From Neovahlkampfia damariscottae (lineage: Eukaryota): a stretch of DNA of 64,000 nucleotides. The stretch is from the NCBI GenBank assembly GCA_016618085.1, contig JABLTG010000029.1:62001-126000 (forward strand). Direction: 5' to 3'. The notes beneath the pieces are model-generated. The model was not told the origin of the DNA and did not search any database. It saw only the letters and a list, made by a program, of their open reading frames with translations. Below, in pieces: positions 34,799 through 45,095 of the stretch; positions within the stretch are counted from its first letter, which is position 1; every line of letters starts with the position of its first letter. The translations under genes were made by a program, and so were the position numbers.

Positions 34799-35989
34799 TC
34801 ATTTTGAATTCATCAACATTTGAGACAATGAAATTCCAAAAATTAACAGTGAAGAAATCACAATTGTCACCATTGTTATTGAAAAAATAATGATAGCAGG
34901 TATCAATAATGAGGGTGTTTCATCACATGACAATGGGAAATAATTCAATTTTTCATGAATACCTCCTGAAATCAATGAATTAGAACAACAAAGTAATTGT
35001 CGTAAAATATGACCACATTTCTCACTCATACATGATCCGTTCGGTATTGCTTCTGTAAGGAAAGAAATAGTACCATTTTCTTTCTGATAAAAGTCCAAAG
35101 GACATCCATTGTCCTTCCAACATTGTTGATAATCAATAGCATATTGAGTGTAATTACATGCATCTTGTTGAATGTCATGAATTTTACAAACACTTTCTTT
35201 GGTTCCATTTTGATTATTAATACAGAAACAAGCTTCTCCCATTGATGAAGAACAATTTCTATTACCACATGGTAAATCATCAATGATATGATATCCGCAC
35301 CTTTTTACATTTTCATTTTCTGACTTCATACAGCTATAAATTCCAATACATTCAATATCCTCAATACATATATCACCTTTAACTTTCTTCCCAATTTTTT
35401 CGCATTTCTTATTTTTCGTGCAAGCGGTTCCGATTGGACATAGAATGTAATAGTTATGTCCTGGTGATTTATCAATAAAATCATCACATGAATCATTTTC
35501 ATTTAATCTTTTTTCACACATTTTCGTTTTTTTTGAGCAATAAAGTTTTTCAGCACATTCAACAGGTGCTTCTGGATTGCAAGGATATTTTTCTTGCTTT
35601 CCGACACAAAAACCAAAAGTACAAATACCACCATAACACTGAATAAAATTTTAAGTTTTTTTTGTCATTTACTTCTTTGTCTGAGTCACAATGTTCTCCG
35701 TTATATTTTAATGAGTTACAAACATGTTCAATACATTTAACATGGTTTAATTCACTCAAAAAGCAATCTGAATGATGTTCACAACGAGCTCCTCTTTATT
35801 TTTTTTTTAATATTTTTTTTAATTTTACAGATGACCAGGTTTACATTCATGATGCTGACAAGTTAAAAAATTCTTACAAAAAAAATTTTTGTCGTCACAA
35901 AAAGAACCTTTAACACCATAAGTGGCGTTTATGCATTGTGAGAAAGTGGAACTGATAAAAACTACCAGTATTAACAACACAATTTTCAT
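34799..35989 (-). CDS. Cys-repeat single-pass surface protein
   Basis: Signal peptide MKIVLLILVVFISS, two introns, repeated GxxC...C modules and a C-terminal TM. Confidence 0.75.
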
Positions 35990-36038
35990 CACAAAATGAA
36001 AAGTTGGACCAATGAAAATGAATCACAGAATGATTTAT

Positions 36039-36355
36039 TCATAAACCAAGTTCTTTCTCCAATTCTGCTTTATGTGCTCTATATTTTTTAAATTCATTTG
36101 AAACAATAAATCTTGATACTGTGTCATAAATGTTAACTTCAACTTCATCTTCAGCAACCGAAAATAAATCATTATCAAATTTTTCATCATCAAATCTTTT
36201 CAATGTTTCACGTGAAGCTTCGATGATAGATTAACTTCCAATGGGGAAACTCTAGATATCAAATAATTCTCTTTAATTTTCATTCCAAATCTTTTCTTTC
36301 CAATTTCCTTTGTTAATTTATAATCTACTATATCCAATTTGAAATAGATATTTTC
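36039..36355 (-). pseudogene. RGS-domain C-terminal relic
   Basis: ENIYFKLDIVDYK..NYLISRVSPLEVNL, a frameshift near 36225, then LFSVAEDEVEVNIYDTVSRFIVS; in-frame stop upstream and no start codon. Confidence 0.55.
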
Positions 36356-36392
36356 TGTAAAAATTTATTCAATTTTTTCTCCGAATTCTTAT

Positions 36393-38180
36393 TTACTTTT
36401 CAATTTGATATTCCTTCACAATTTTCATTGTTGATATTAATTTTTGAATTGGACAGCATTTTACAAATTCTTTTGTATTTCCTTTGTATTTTCTAATTTG
36501 TATTAAAGGGAAAATGAATGGATATTTTTGAGCTTCTTTTGCAAAATCAACATAATCCAAATTGCTAATGCCTAAATATATTTTTTCCAAAAAACTGATG
36601 AATTCATTCAATTCACTATTACACTCATCAAATTTCTTCTTGAATGGAATGAAAGTTTCAAGGTTCAAAAACTCTAAATTTCCGTTCAACCTTGAAATAT
36701 CCAAGATTGCTTTTCGGATTGTATTTGGATCATAATGCAATTGATATTTCAAAATTTCCAGGTTTAAGAATTGAGATGAGGCTATTTGAACAATTTTGTT
36801 GTTGTAAAATAAATACAATCCTTTGTGGGTCAAAGGATCAGAATTTCTGATGAAATCCAATAATTGATCTTTGCAATCGAAATAATATCTTTTAGGTAAA
36901 CCCCATTGATAAAAAGATGCAATTTCAAAAATATCCAATGATTTTTTCAATCCTCTGTCATAAGCGTAGATCAAAATCAAATTATCTTTGATTTGAATTG
37001 ATATATGATTTTCATTGGTCAAACTTAAATTAAAAATCAACTCCAAATTGGTGTTAGTTGGAAATTTATATTTTTTCTGTTTCCAAATTTTCCAAAATGA
37101 TTCTTCAACAGGGAAATTAAATTTTGAAATGATTGAATAATCACAATTTAATTCTTTCACATTTTCCGAATAGTATTCCCGAAATGAGATTTGTTTTGGG
37201 AAAGCTATATTCCATTTATCATTGAAATAGAACATTCCAATATTAACACCATCCAAATATTCATAAATTATTGATTCTTTAATGTTGAAATTTTTAGGAA
37301 TTTCATTGATGAAATTTGGATATGAAAACAACAACTTTGAATCTTTCAGAACTTTTCCTTGTGAAAATTTCTTGATTTTATTTTCGTTTGCAACGTTAAA
37401 TTCATCCAAAACAAAATAAACAAAATCATTTTCAACATAATCCAATGAATAATTTTCCGTCAAATAATCCAAACCATGAATTGCAATCAACTCATTTAAT
37501 GATTTCAAATTAATATCTTTAACAATAGGATATTTATAATCCTTCATAGAATGGACTAAATCACTGAATTCTTCGTAAAACATCTTTTCAATTTCTTTCC
37601 ACGAATCAAATTGATTGTTAAATAGAGTATTCCAGTATTTATTGCCAATTTCATAATCCAAAATTTTCTTATTTTTCCAAATATCAATGGAAAATAGTAA
37701 CTTTCGAAAGCAATGCCCAATATACTTCAAACTCATTTTTCTGTTTTTGAAAAAAAATTGTTTTGCTTTGTTCCAATTTAATGATGCTTCATGAATGAAT
37801 TGTTGATGTAACTTCCGTGTATTCAAACGAAATAAATTCTTAAAATCTAGTTTTTCAAAAATAATAAATTCACTGGGTATCCATAAAACTAAAAGAGCAT
37901 CAACAGCTTGCTCTTGAATTAATAATTTGAAATATTCTTCATGATACATATTTATGTTATATAATCCATCATCATATGTTTTTCTTCCATTAAAATATTC
38001 TCCTTTGATTATTAATGTGAAATCAAAATCAGAATTTTTGTTGTTTGTTTTGAACAAATATGAACCGACTAAATACAAATTCAACAAGTCTTCTGGGTGC
38101 GTATGTTGTTTCATAACTTCTATCACTTTTTCTGAAAGTTTTTCTTTGGAGAATTTTTCCACTTCTTTTTCCATTTTCAT
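36393..38180 (-). CDS. Pol-beta-type nucleotidyltransferase fused to a degenerate T4 Rnl1-like RNA ligase domain
   Basis: LYLVGSYLF..NSDFDFTLI (GS..DxD); later YEYLDGVNIGMFYFNDKWNIA, LIFNL, LILIYAYDR and HKGLYL. Intronless. Confidence 0.7.
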   Translation of the reverse strand: MKMEKEVEKFSKEKLSEKVIEVMKQHTHPEDLLNLYLVGSYLFKTNNKNSDFDFTLIIKGEYFNGRKTYDDGLYNINMYHEEYFKLLIQEQAVDALLVLWIPSEFIIFEKLDFKNLFRLNTRKLHQQFIHEASLNWNKAKQFFFKNRKMSLKYIGHCFRKLLFSIDIWKNKKILDYEIGNKYWNTLFNNQFDSWKEIEKMFYEEFSDLVHSMKDYKYPIVKDINLKSLNELIAIHGLDYLTENYSLDYVENDFVYFVLDEFNVANENKIKKFSQGKVLKDSKLLFSYPNFINEIPKNFNIKESIIYEYLDGVNIGMFYFNDKWNIAFPKQISFREYYSENVKELNCDYSIISKFNFPVEESFWKIWKQKKYKFPTNTNLELIFNLSLTNENHISIQIKDNLILIYAYDRGLKKSLDIFEIASFYQWGLPKRYYFDCKDQLLDFIRNSDPLTHKGLYLFYNNKIVQIASSQFLNLEILKYQLHYDPNTIRKAILDISRLNGNLEFLNLETFIPFKKKFDECNSELNEFISFLEKIYLGISNLDYVDFAKEAQKYPFIFPLIQIRKYKGNTKEFVKCCPIQKLISTMKIVKEYQIEK

Positions 38181-38508
38181 TCAATTTGATTCGTCAACCA
38201 AAAATTTTTTAATTCACAGCAACAATGAAGAACCAGTAGACACAAAATCAAGTGAACAGAGCTTTTAGTAATCCATAGAACTTCTTTCTTTCCAATTTGA
38301 AGAAATTGTGACCAAGTTTTAACCTTGACAATTTAAATTTAAAAAACAATTTGTTGACTTCGGACAGATTCAATTTTTGGGACTTCAGAATTTAAATTTT
38401 ATGTTTTTGTTTGGTTTTTTTTTTTGAAATTGGAAGGGGTTCTAAATGATCAAAAAAAAACTATAAATACTGTCCAATTGCAGGCAAGATTTCCACAAAA
38501 AAAAGTTG

Positions 38509-39996
38509 ATGATGAAAACTCTTATTCTACTGCTCATATGCTTTACAAGTTTTTCAATTGCTCAAACTACAAACGAATGTGACTACCAAAAACTCACAAC
38601 TGCACTCAGAGATGCAAATGCTCTCATTGCCAGTATAAATGCGACATCTGACTACGATATTCCAAATTTCGTAGCTTCCTCAAAAACTGCATTGATTCCT
38701 GTTTATAATTGCCTCTCACAAATCACAAAACAGAATCGGAATGCATAAATGGAGGGTATTGTTTAAGTGCTCGCTCTTTCCAAACTACTGAAAAAACACC
38801 TTACAATGCTACTTTTTGTGCTCAAACCAAAATGTGTTCGAATTTGAAATGTACCAAATATCAAGATCCTCCTTGTTCAGAATCAGTATGCAATCAAGGA
38901 GGAAGATATATGGGTTTTCCAATTTTTCAAAAATCTTGTATCGTTCCTTTTGATCATGATTCAACGACTGGACAAAAATCATGCACTGGCGGACAACAAA
39001 AAAGTGTAAGATGTGTCAAAGGATATGAACAAACTCAATGTACCGCATTTGGAGGCATTTTTGCAACAATACCAACAACTGAAGCTGAACGCTTAAAATA
39101 CAAACTGTGTACAATCAATTTAACAAAAGTGATCACAACAATACCAGAAAAAGATTGTGCTGGATGTGGAGGAAATTTAGACACAGCATTTAAATGGGTC
39201 AAAGGTAATTGGCTAGACAGTGTTTTATACAAATCTCAAAAATGGATTGTGGCAGCTGAAGTTCCAGTAAATAGATGGATAAGTGGTGTAGATCTAACAA
39301 AATTCACAAATTTAGTAAAAAGTGTTGTATTATTGGAATCACTTGATGTTTATAAATCAATGATTCAATGCTCACATATTCCACTTCTTTCATTAACTCA
39401 AAAGATTGCATGTGATTGTAGAACTCCAAAAGCTCCAAATGGAACAGCTTGTTTTGAATCTCTAAAAACTTCTGTAGCTACGTTCAAAGTTTTTTCTGGT
39501 GTCACAAACAAATTAACAAGCACAGATGCTGATGTTACTCCAAGTTCAAGTGCTGTTTCTGTATCAAATGATTATGTCGAATTTATGATCATAAAAACTG
39601 ATCTTTCAACAATTACCACAACTCAAGATAAATTGATAGCTTTTGATTCTAAGGCAACACCAACTGGGTATTTAGCATCTGATGGTATTTCTGTTCAAAC
39701 AAAATCTGGAACTGCACTTTCTGGAAAAACAAACCTTTGTATCAAAAGAAAAGTAGAAAAAATTCCTTCAAGTTATAACTCACCAAGATTTGCAACTGTC
39801 TCCAATGGAATAATCACAAGAACCTCAGTAACCATAACAAACAATGATTACACAATCGAAATGTGTGGAGATATAACTGATACTCAAACATATTATATGA
39901 CATTTTTTTGAAGGAAATGGAACATCCAATGATTCAAAAAAACTCTCATTCAGTTTAATTATTCTTGTTGGAGTTATTACAGTGTTGCTTGTATAA
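38509..39996 (+). pseudogene. Secreted, probably GPI- or TM-anchored Cys-rich protein broken by two 1-nt homopolymer frameshifts (pseudogene or sequencing error)
   Basis: Adding one A near 38728 joins the signal-peptide ORF to 38709..39911. Removing one T at 39903-39909 restores EGNGTSNDSKKLSFSLIILVGVITVLLV*. Confidence 0.6.
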
Positions 39997-40012
39997 ATAA
40001 AATGTTTTTAAA

Positions 40013-41149
40013 TTATTTTTTTTTTTTATGAATAATGCTTGGACCATATTCGTCGTATGCCTCGCTTGTAATAACAGCCTTTTGGTAAGATGTTAAACTA
40101 CTAAGAATTGAGCCTCCAATCCAAGTCATATATTTCCTTTCTGGAGGAGCAACAATTTTAACTTTTGCTGCTTTTGGTAATAATTTTTTCATTTCATTTT
40201 CAAGGCGATCACTGAATCCCTCAACCATTGAACTTCCACCTGAAATTAAAATATTTCCATAAAAGTCTTTTCTGCATCCCAAGTCAATTGATTGAATTGC
40301 ATCATTTACAATTTCATGAACTCCTTTACTTTCTTTTGACACTAATAACGGATTGAATAGTGCTTCTTGACAATCAAATCTTTCTTTACCTAAAGTAATT
40401 ACAGTGGAATCTGGAAGTTCATAAGATTTTTCCAATGTATTTGAAGTTTCTGTTGTGGCAACATCTTTTTCATAATCAGCAGAAACAAAACTTGAGTTTT
40501 TTTTAATTCCATCTGCAATATAAAATTCATGTGAATTTGATAAACGAACATTTCTTTGTGTCAAAAGTTCAATTAAATAATTTGTTATATCTCTTCCTCC
40601 AAAGTTAAATCTTTTTGTTGCTGGTTTCATTGTAAAACCATCAATTATTGCTGTTGTTTGAATAGTTGTTTCACCAATATCAATAACAAGTGCAGTATTT
40701 CTTCCAGAAGCCATGTGTGATAAAGCAGGAGGTTCTGTCATAAAAAAACTTGGAACTGAAAAAGTTTCAAATAGCATCATAATTTTTTTTTCTTTTTGAG
40801 TATTTGAACTAAAAAGAGGATCAGTCATAAAACAACTATATTCTTCAGGTGCGATTCTTAATTCATTGTAAAAAGTATGGTGAAGTAATTTTTCAAATTT
40901 TTCCCAGTTTTTAATTTCTCCATCAGAAATAACGTTTTCTATTTCTAAGTATGCATTTATTTTTGCAATGTCACCAATGTAATTTCTTGAACCGGACATG
41001 AATATATCACTGAAGTCTGATTTGTATTTTGGTTTTCCTGAAATGGTTGGTACTACAGCTCTTGGAGCATCATCACCTGAAAACCCTCCATGAGATTCAT
41101 AAGAACCTACATCTATTATAACTGAACGGTATTCTTCTTCTTCTTCCAT
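40013..41149 (-). CDS. Divergent actin / actin-related protein
   Basis: IIDVGS..GFSGDDAPRAV, HHTFYNELRIAPEE, SGRNTALVIDIG, YELPD and APPERKYMTWIGGSIL. Confidence 0.92.
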   Translation of the reverse strand: MEEEEEYRSVIIDVGSYESHGGFSGDDAPRAVVPTISGKPKYKSDFSDIFMSGSRNYIGDIAKINAYLEIENVISDGEIKNWEKFEKLLHHTFYNELRIAPEEYSCFMTDPLFSSNTQKEKKIMMLFETFSVPSFFMTEPPALSHMASGRNTALVIDIGETTIQTTAIIDGFTMKPATKRFNFGGRDITNYLIELLTQRNVRLSNSHEFYIADGIKKNSSFVSADYEKDVATTETSNTLEKSYELPDSTVITLGKERFDCQEALFNPLLVSKESKGVHEIVNDAIQSIDLGCRKDFYGNILISGGSSMVEGFSDRLENEMKKLLPKAAKVKIVAPPERKYMTWIGGSILSSLTSYQKAVITSEAYDEYGPSIIHKKKK

Positions 41150-41264
41150 TCTTCTGTTGTGATTTGATTGGACACAAATGTATTTTTAGACCAGGATACT
41201 TTTTTAAAACCATAAATTTAATAGATGTTAATTTAGATACCAAAAAAAATGGAAGAAAAATTCT

Positions 41265-42350
41265 TCACAAAAATGATTTCTTTTTAATTAAATTTGGTCC
41301 TACTTCTTCATATTCACTTTTTGTCATCCATAAATCATCATTGAAAATTTCAGAAAAAATCAAACCACCTTCAAATGCAGAAAATTGAGGATCTTTGAGC
41401 ACCTCAATATTGATTTCAATTCCTAGATTTTTCATTTCTTTGATGATCCTTTCTTTAAATCCTTTGGAAGAGCTTGATCCTCCTGAAATAAAACAATCTT
41501 TTAAATTGGACATTTTGACAGCATCTGATATCAATTCATGTACTCCTTTTTCTTCTTTACAAACTAACTTTGGATCAAATATTACTTCATTACATCTGAA
41601 TCTTTGACTATCTAATGTAATTCTAGTCAAATCTGGTAGTTCAAATTCTTGACTAATTTTGTTCATTTTTGATTTTTCCATTTCTTCATTAAATTCAAAA
41701 GCAGTGTATCCAAAATTTTTTTTCATATCTTCAATGATGAAAATATCCGATGAATTGTTCAAGTGAATGTTTTTTTCAGTTAAGATTTCTTTTAAATATT
41801 TGGTTGAATCATTGCCACCAAAGTTATATTTTTTTACAGTATTTTCCAAAGGTTTACAGTTTAAAACTCCATAAAATGATGTTGTTGTGCCTCCAATATC
41901 TACAAAAAGACCTGAGTCAACACCTCCTGTGAATTGTGTCAAACGAGTTGGATTTGCCAATAGAAAAGAAGGAACTGAAATTGTTTCAAGCATAATCTGA
42001 GCTTTTTTTTCTTTTTGAGAGTCAGGGCAATTCCTTTGTTCAGTCATTAAATTTTTTGTTTTCTCCATTTTTGTTGGGTCAAAAATGTTGTTGTAAATTT
42101 GAGTCATTAACACTTCAAAAGATGTCCAATTTTGAATGATACCATGTTCAACAATTGGGTTTATTTTTAATAAGTGGAGCAGAGTTTTGGTGATTTCATT
42201 TCCTACATATTCACTTTTTGGGCTCCATAAGAAAGGAAAATGGTTTTGATGTTTTGGTGTTCCATAGATAGATCCAATATGAAGTTTAAATGACTGATCT
42301 CCAACTTTAGTTGTCGAGGAACCAACATCTACCACTCTTGTTTCGCTCAT
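41265..42350 (-). CDS. Highly divergent actin-related protein
   Basis: VVDVGSSTTKVG, PIVEHGIIQNW, MLETISVP, FELPD, ISGGSS and WMTKSEYEEVGP. Confidence 0.88.
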   Translation of the reverse strand: MSETRVVDVGSSTTKVGDQSFKLHIGSIYGTPKHQNHFPFLWSPKSEYVGNEITKTLLHLLKINPIVEHGIIQNWTSFEVLMTQIYNNIFDPTKMEKTKNLMTEQRNCPDSQKEKKAQIMLETISVPSFLLANPTRLTQFTGGVDSGLFVDIGGTTTSFYGVLNCKPLENTVKKYNFGGNDSTKYLKEILTEKNIHLNNSSDIFIIEDMKKNFGYTAFEFNEEMEKSKMNKISQEFELPDLTRITLDSQRFRCNEVIFDPKLVCKEEKGVHELISDAVKMSNLKDCFISGGSSSSKGFKERIIKEMKNLGIEINIEVLKDPQFSAFEGGLIFSEIFNDDLWMTKSEYEEVGPNLIKKKSFL

Positions 42351-42491
42351 CTTTTGATTGGGTGTTTTAACTTTGGAGAAAAAAAAAAAAAGAAAAAACT
42401 TGGCAATGTATTCTGTAAAATACAAAGAAAATAAACTTTTTGCTTTGGAGAATTTTTGACCAACCAAATCACTGAAAGTTTTCAATTTCTC

Positions 42492-43077
42492 ATGGACACA
42501 AGTGATTCAGAAACAAACCAAAATGTTCTAAAGATTGATCTATCAGAAGAAAATCAAAAAGAACGTCTCCAATCTGACAATTTTGAATTAATACTTTTCG
42601 ATTTAGGCGAAGTAAAAATTTAAAAAAAAATTAAAAAAATTAAAGCATAAAATTGATGATTTAGATAAAACACAACTTGACACAATAACAAATAAATTTA
42701 AATTGAAAAATGGTTCAACTTTAGAATCAAGTTTGATGAATGAAAATCAGTTTGTTTTTGTCATTGACGACAAACAATTAAAACATGCAAAAGAAATTTC
42801 AAAGTGTTATAGATACGTTGATGATTCATTTAAACTTCCAAAAGTTACTTATAAAAAATCAAACCCAATCATCACTCAAAAAAAAGATTTAACATGCATT
42901 TTTCCACCATTAGGTGATAAAGCTTTCAAAGATAAACAAAAAGATTTAAGCACTATGATTACTAAAGCTGAAAATAAAACTGAAAAAAAAAATAAAGAAA
43001 AAAAAAATTCTGAAAAAAAAAGAAAAAGAGAAGAAGAAACTTCTGAAAAAAAACACAAAAAAAAAGCAAAAAAATAA
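42492..43077 (+). CDS. Lys-rich nuclear protein, possibly RNA polymerase I subunit RPA34-like
   Basis: One intron. FELILF near the N-terminus, QKKDLTCIFPPLG and a KKE-rich tail weakly recall RPA34. Confidence 0.45.
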
Positions 43078-43136
43078 ATTTTTGAACATATAAAAAGATA
43101 AAACAAGGTTTGTTGTTTCAATTTTTTTTTGTACCA

Positions 43137-43666
43137 ATGACATCTTTGCTTGATAAAATTTCGAAAGTTGCTGTGAGGTGAAGAAAGAAATTTTTTAAAA
43201 AAAATGAAACTTGTAGTTCTGTATTGAATAATGATGGAAAAAACTATGGTAAAAAATTCATGCTTGATGATGATGATGAAACTTGTTGGAATTCACATCA
43301 AGGACAACCACAAAAGTAAAATTAAAATATTAAACTTACTCAAAGGATAATAATTGAATTCAAAGAAGAAATTGAAGATATTAAAACTTTAAAAATAATG
43401 TTTCAAGGTGGATTTGCAGGAAAGAAATGTAAAACAAAAAAAAATAAAATTCTTAAACCAATGCACAAGGCGAAATACAAAAAAATAAACAAGATGATGA
43501 AAAATCATTTGAATTACATTCATTTTTTTATCCTGATGATTCAAATAAATATCAAGAATTTCAAATGGAGAATTTAAAAAATGTTAAAAAATTAAGAATA
43601 ATATTTCATGATTCATCAGATTTTTATGGAAGAATAACAATTTATAAAATAGATTTTTTAATGTAA
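43137..43666 (+). CDS. NR2C2AP: NR2C2AP-like galactose-binding-fold protein (missed by the ORF track)
   Basis: Three introns give VSSVLN..YGKKFMLD..ETCWNSHQG..FQGGFAG..FYPDDSN..SSDFYGRITIY. Confidence 0.88.
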
Positions 43667-44846
43667 ATTTGAAATTACTTCATTTGTGAATTCACTACAT
43701 TTTGCATTTCCACCTAAATCACCTGTTAAATGTTTCTTTTCAGCAAAGACTTTTTTTAAACTATTTTCAATTTTTGTAGCAACATCTAATTTTCCAACAT
43801 GTTTTAATAACATAACAGAAGACAATAAAAGAGCAGTTGGATTTGCCAAATCTTTTCCTTCAATATCAGGAGCAGTACCATGAACAGCTTCAAATAAAGA
43901 TGCTTGTTTTCCATAATTTCCAGAAGGTGTTAAACCTAAACCTCCAATTAATCCAGCAGCTAAATCAGAAACAATATCTCCATATAAATTTGTTGTAACC
44001 ATAACATCAAATTTTTGTGGATTTCTAGCCATTTCTAAGCAACATGTTTCCAGTTGAACAATATCAAGTTCAATTTCAGGAAAATCTTTTGCAACTTTTT
44101 GACAACAATCTAAAAATAAACCATCTGATAATTTCATTACATTTGCCTTGTGAATAACTGAAAGTTTTTTTCTGTTGTGTTCTTTACAATAATTGAAAGC
44201 ATATTTAGCAATTCTCATTGAAGCATCTTCTGTGATAACTTTCAATGATTCAACAACACCTTTTAGAAAATTTATGTAAAAAAAACTTTTTCTTTACCTG
44301 GAACGATTTGATGTTCAAGTCCACAATATTCACCTTCAGTATTTTCTCTGATTACAACCATATCAACACCTTTATAGTATTTTTCAATCGGTGGAATTGA
44401 AATAGCAGGTCTAACGTTTGCATATAAAGAAAGTGCTTTTCTAAGTGTAATGTTCAAAGATCTGTAACCTTTTCCAATCTATCAAAATAAAAATTAATTT
44501 TTTTTTTCAGTTTTAATTTACTGGTGTAGCAAGAGGTCCTTTAAGAGCTAATTTATTTTTTAAAACTGAATCAATAGCTTCTTGTGAGACTAATTCTTTT
44601 GAACCTGGAATTGGTTTACCAATATCATGTTCTTCCCAATGTATATTAGCTCCTGCTCTATCTAAGATTTTGATACAAGCATCAGAAATTTCAGGTCCTT
44701 GTCATTGTTGTTAAAAAAAAATAAAACATACCGATTCCATGTCCTTTGAACAAAGTGACAATTAATTTGTTGTCTTTAGTAAATTGAAAATCGTGGTGGA
44801 ATTTTCTCAAAAATTGTTTGTTTGGTTTGAAAAATTGTTTGAGCAT
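43658..44846 (-). CDS. IDH3A: Mitochondrial NAD-dependent isocitrate dehydrogenase subunit, probably catalytic
   Basis: GHGIGPEI, LKGPLATP, SLNITLRK..YANVRP, RENTEGEY, HKANVMK, NLYGDIVSD and FEAVHGTAPDI. Confidence 0.88.
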
Positions 44847-45095
44847 TATGGTGAACCAATCAAAACCCATGAAAAATCAAATTTTTTATTCCATCTCCAA
44901 AAAAAACTCAAAAATATGATCAAGTATTATTTAAAAATATGTAGAATTTGAGATCAAACAAGCTACAATTCAGTTTAAAACAATATTTTTCAACTTGTGT
45001 GAAAAAAAAAATAAGATTAAGCTGTTTGCATCAAATGTATGAATCAGAACATGTATTTTTTCGAAACTAAATTAAGAGTTTATTATCTACAATAC

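Noticed and set aside
35521..35680. Apparent frameshift or pseudogene in the Cys-rich gene
   Set aside because: After splicing, CYGGIC..GKQEKYPCNP runs in frame into ORF 34799..35521.
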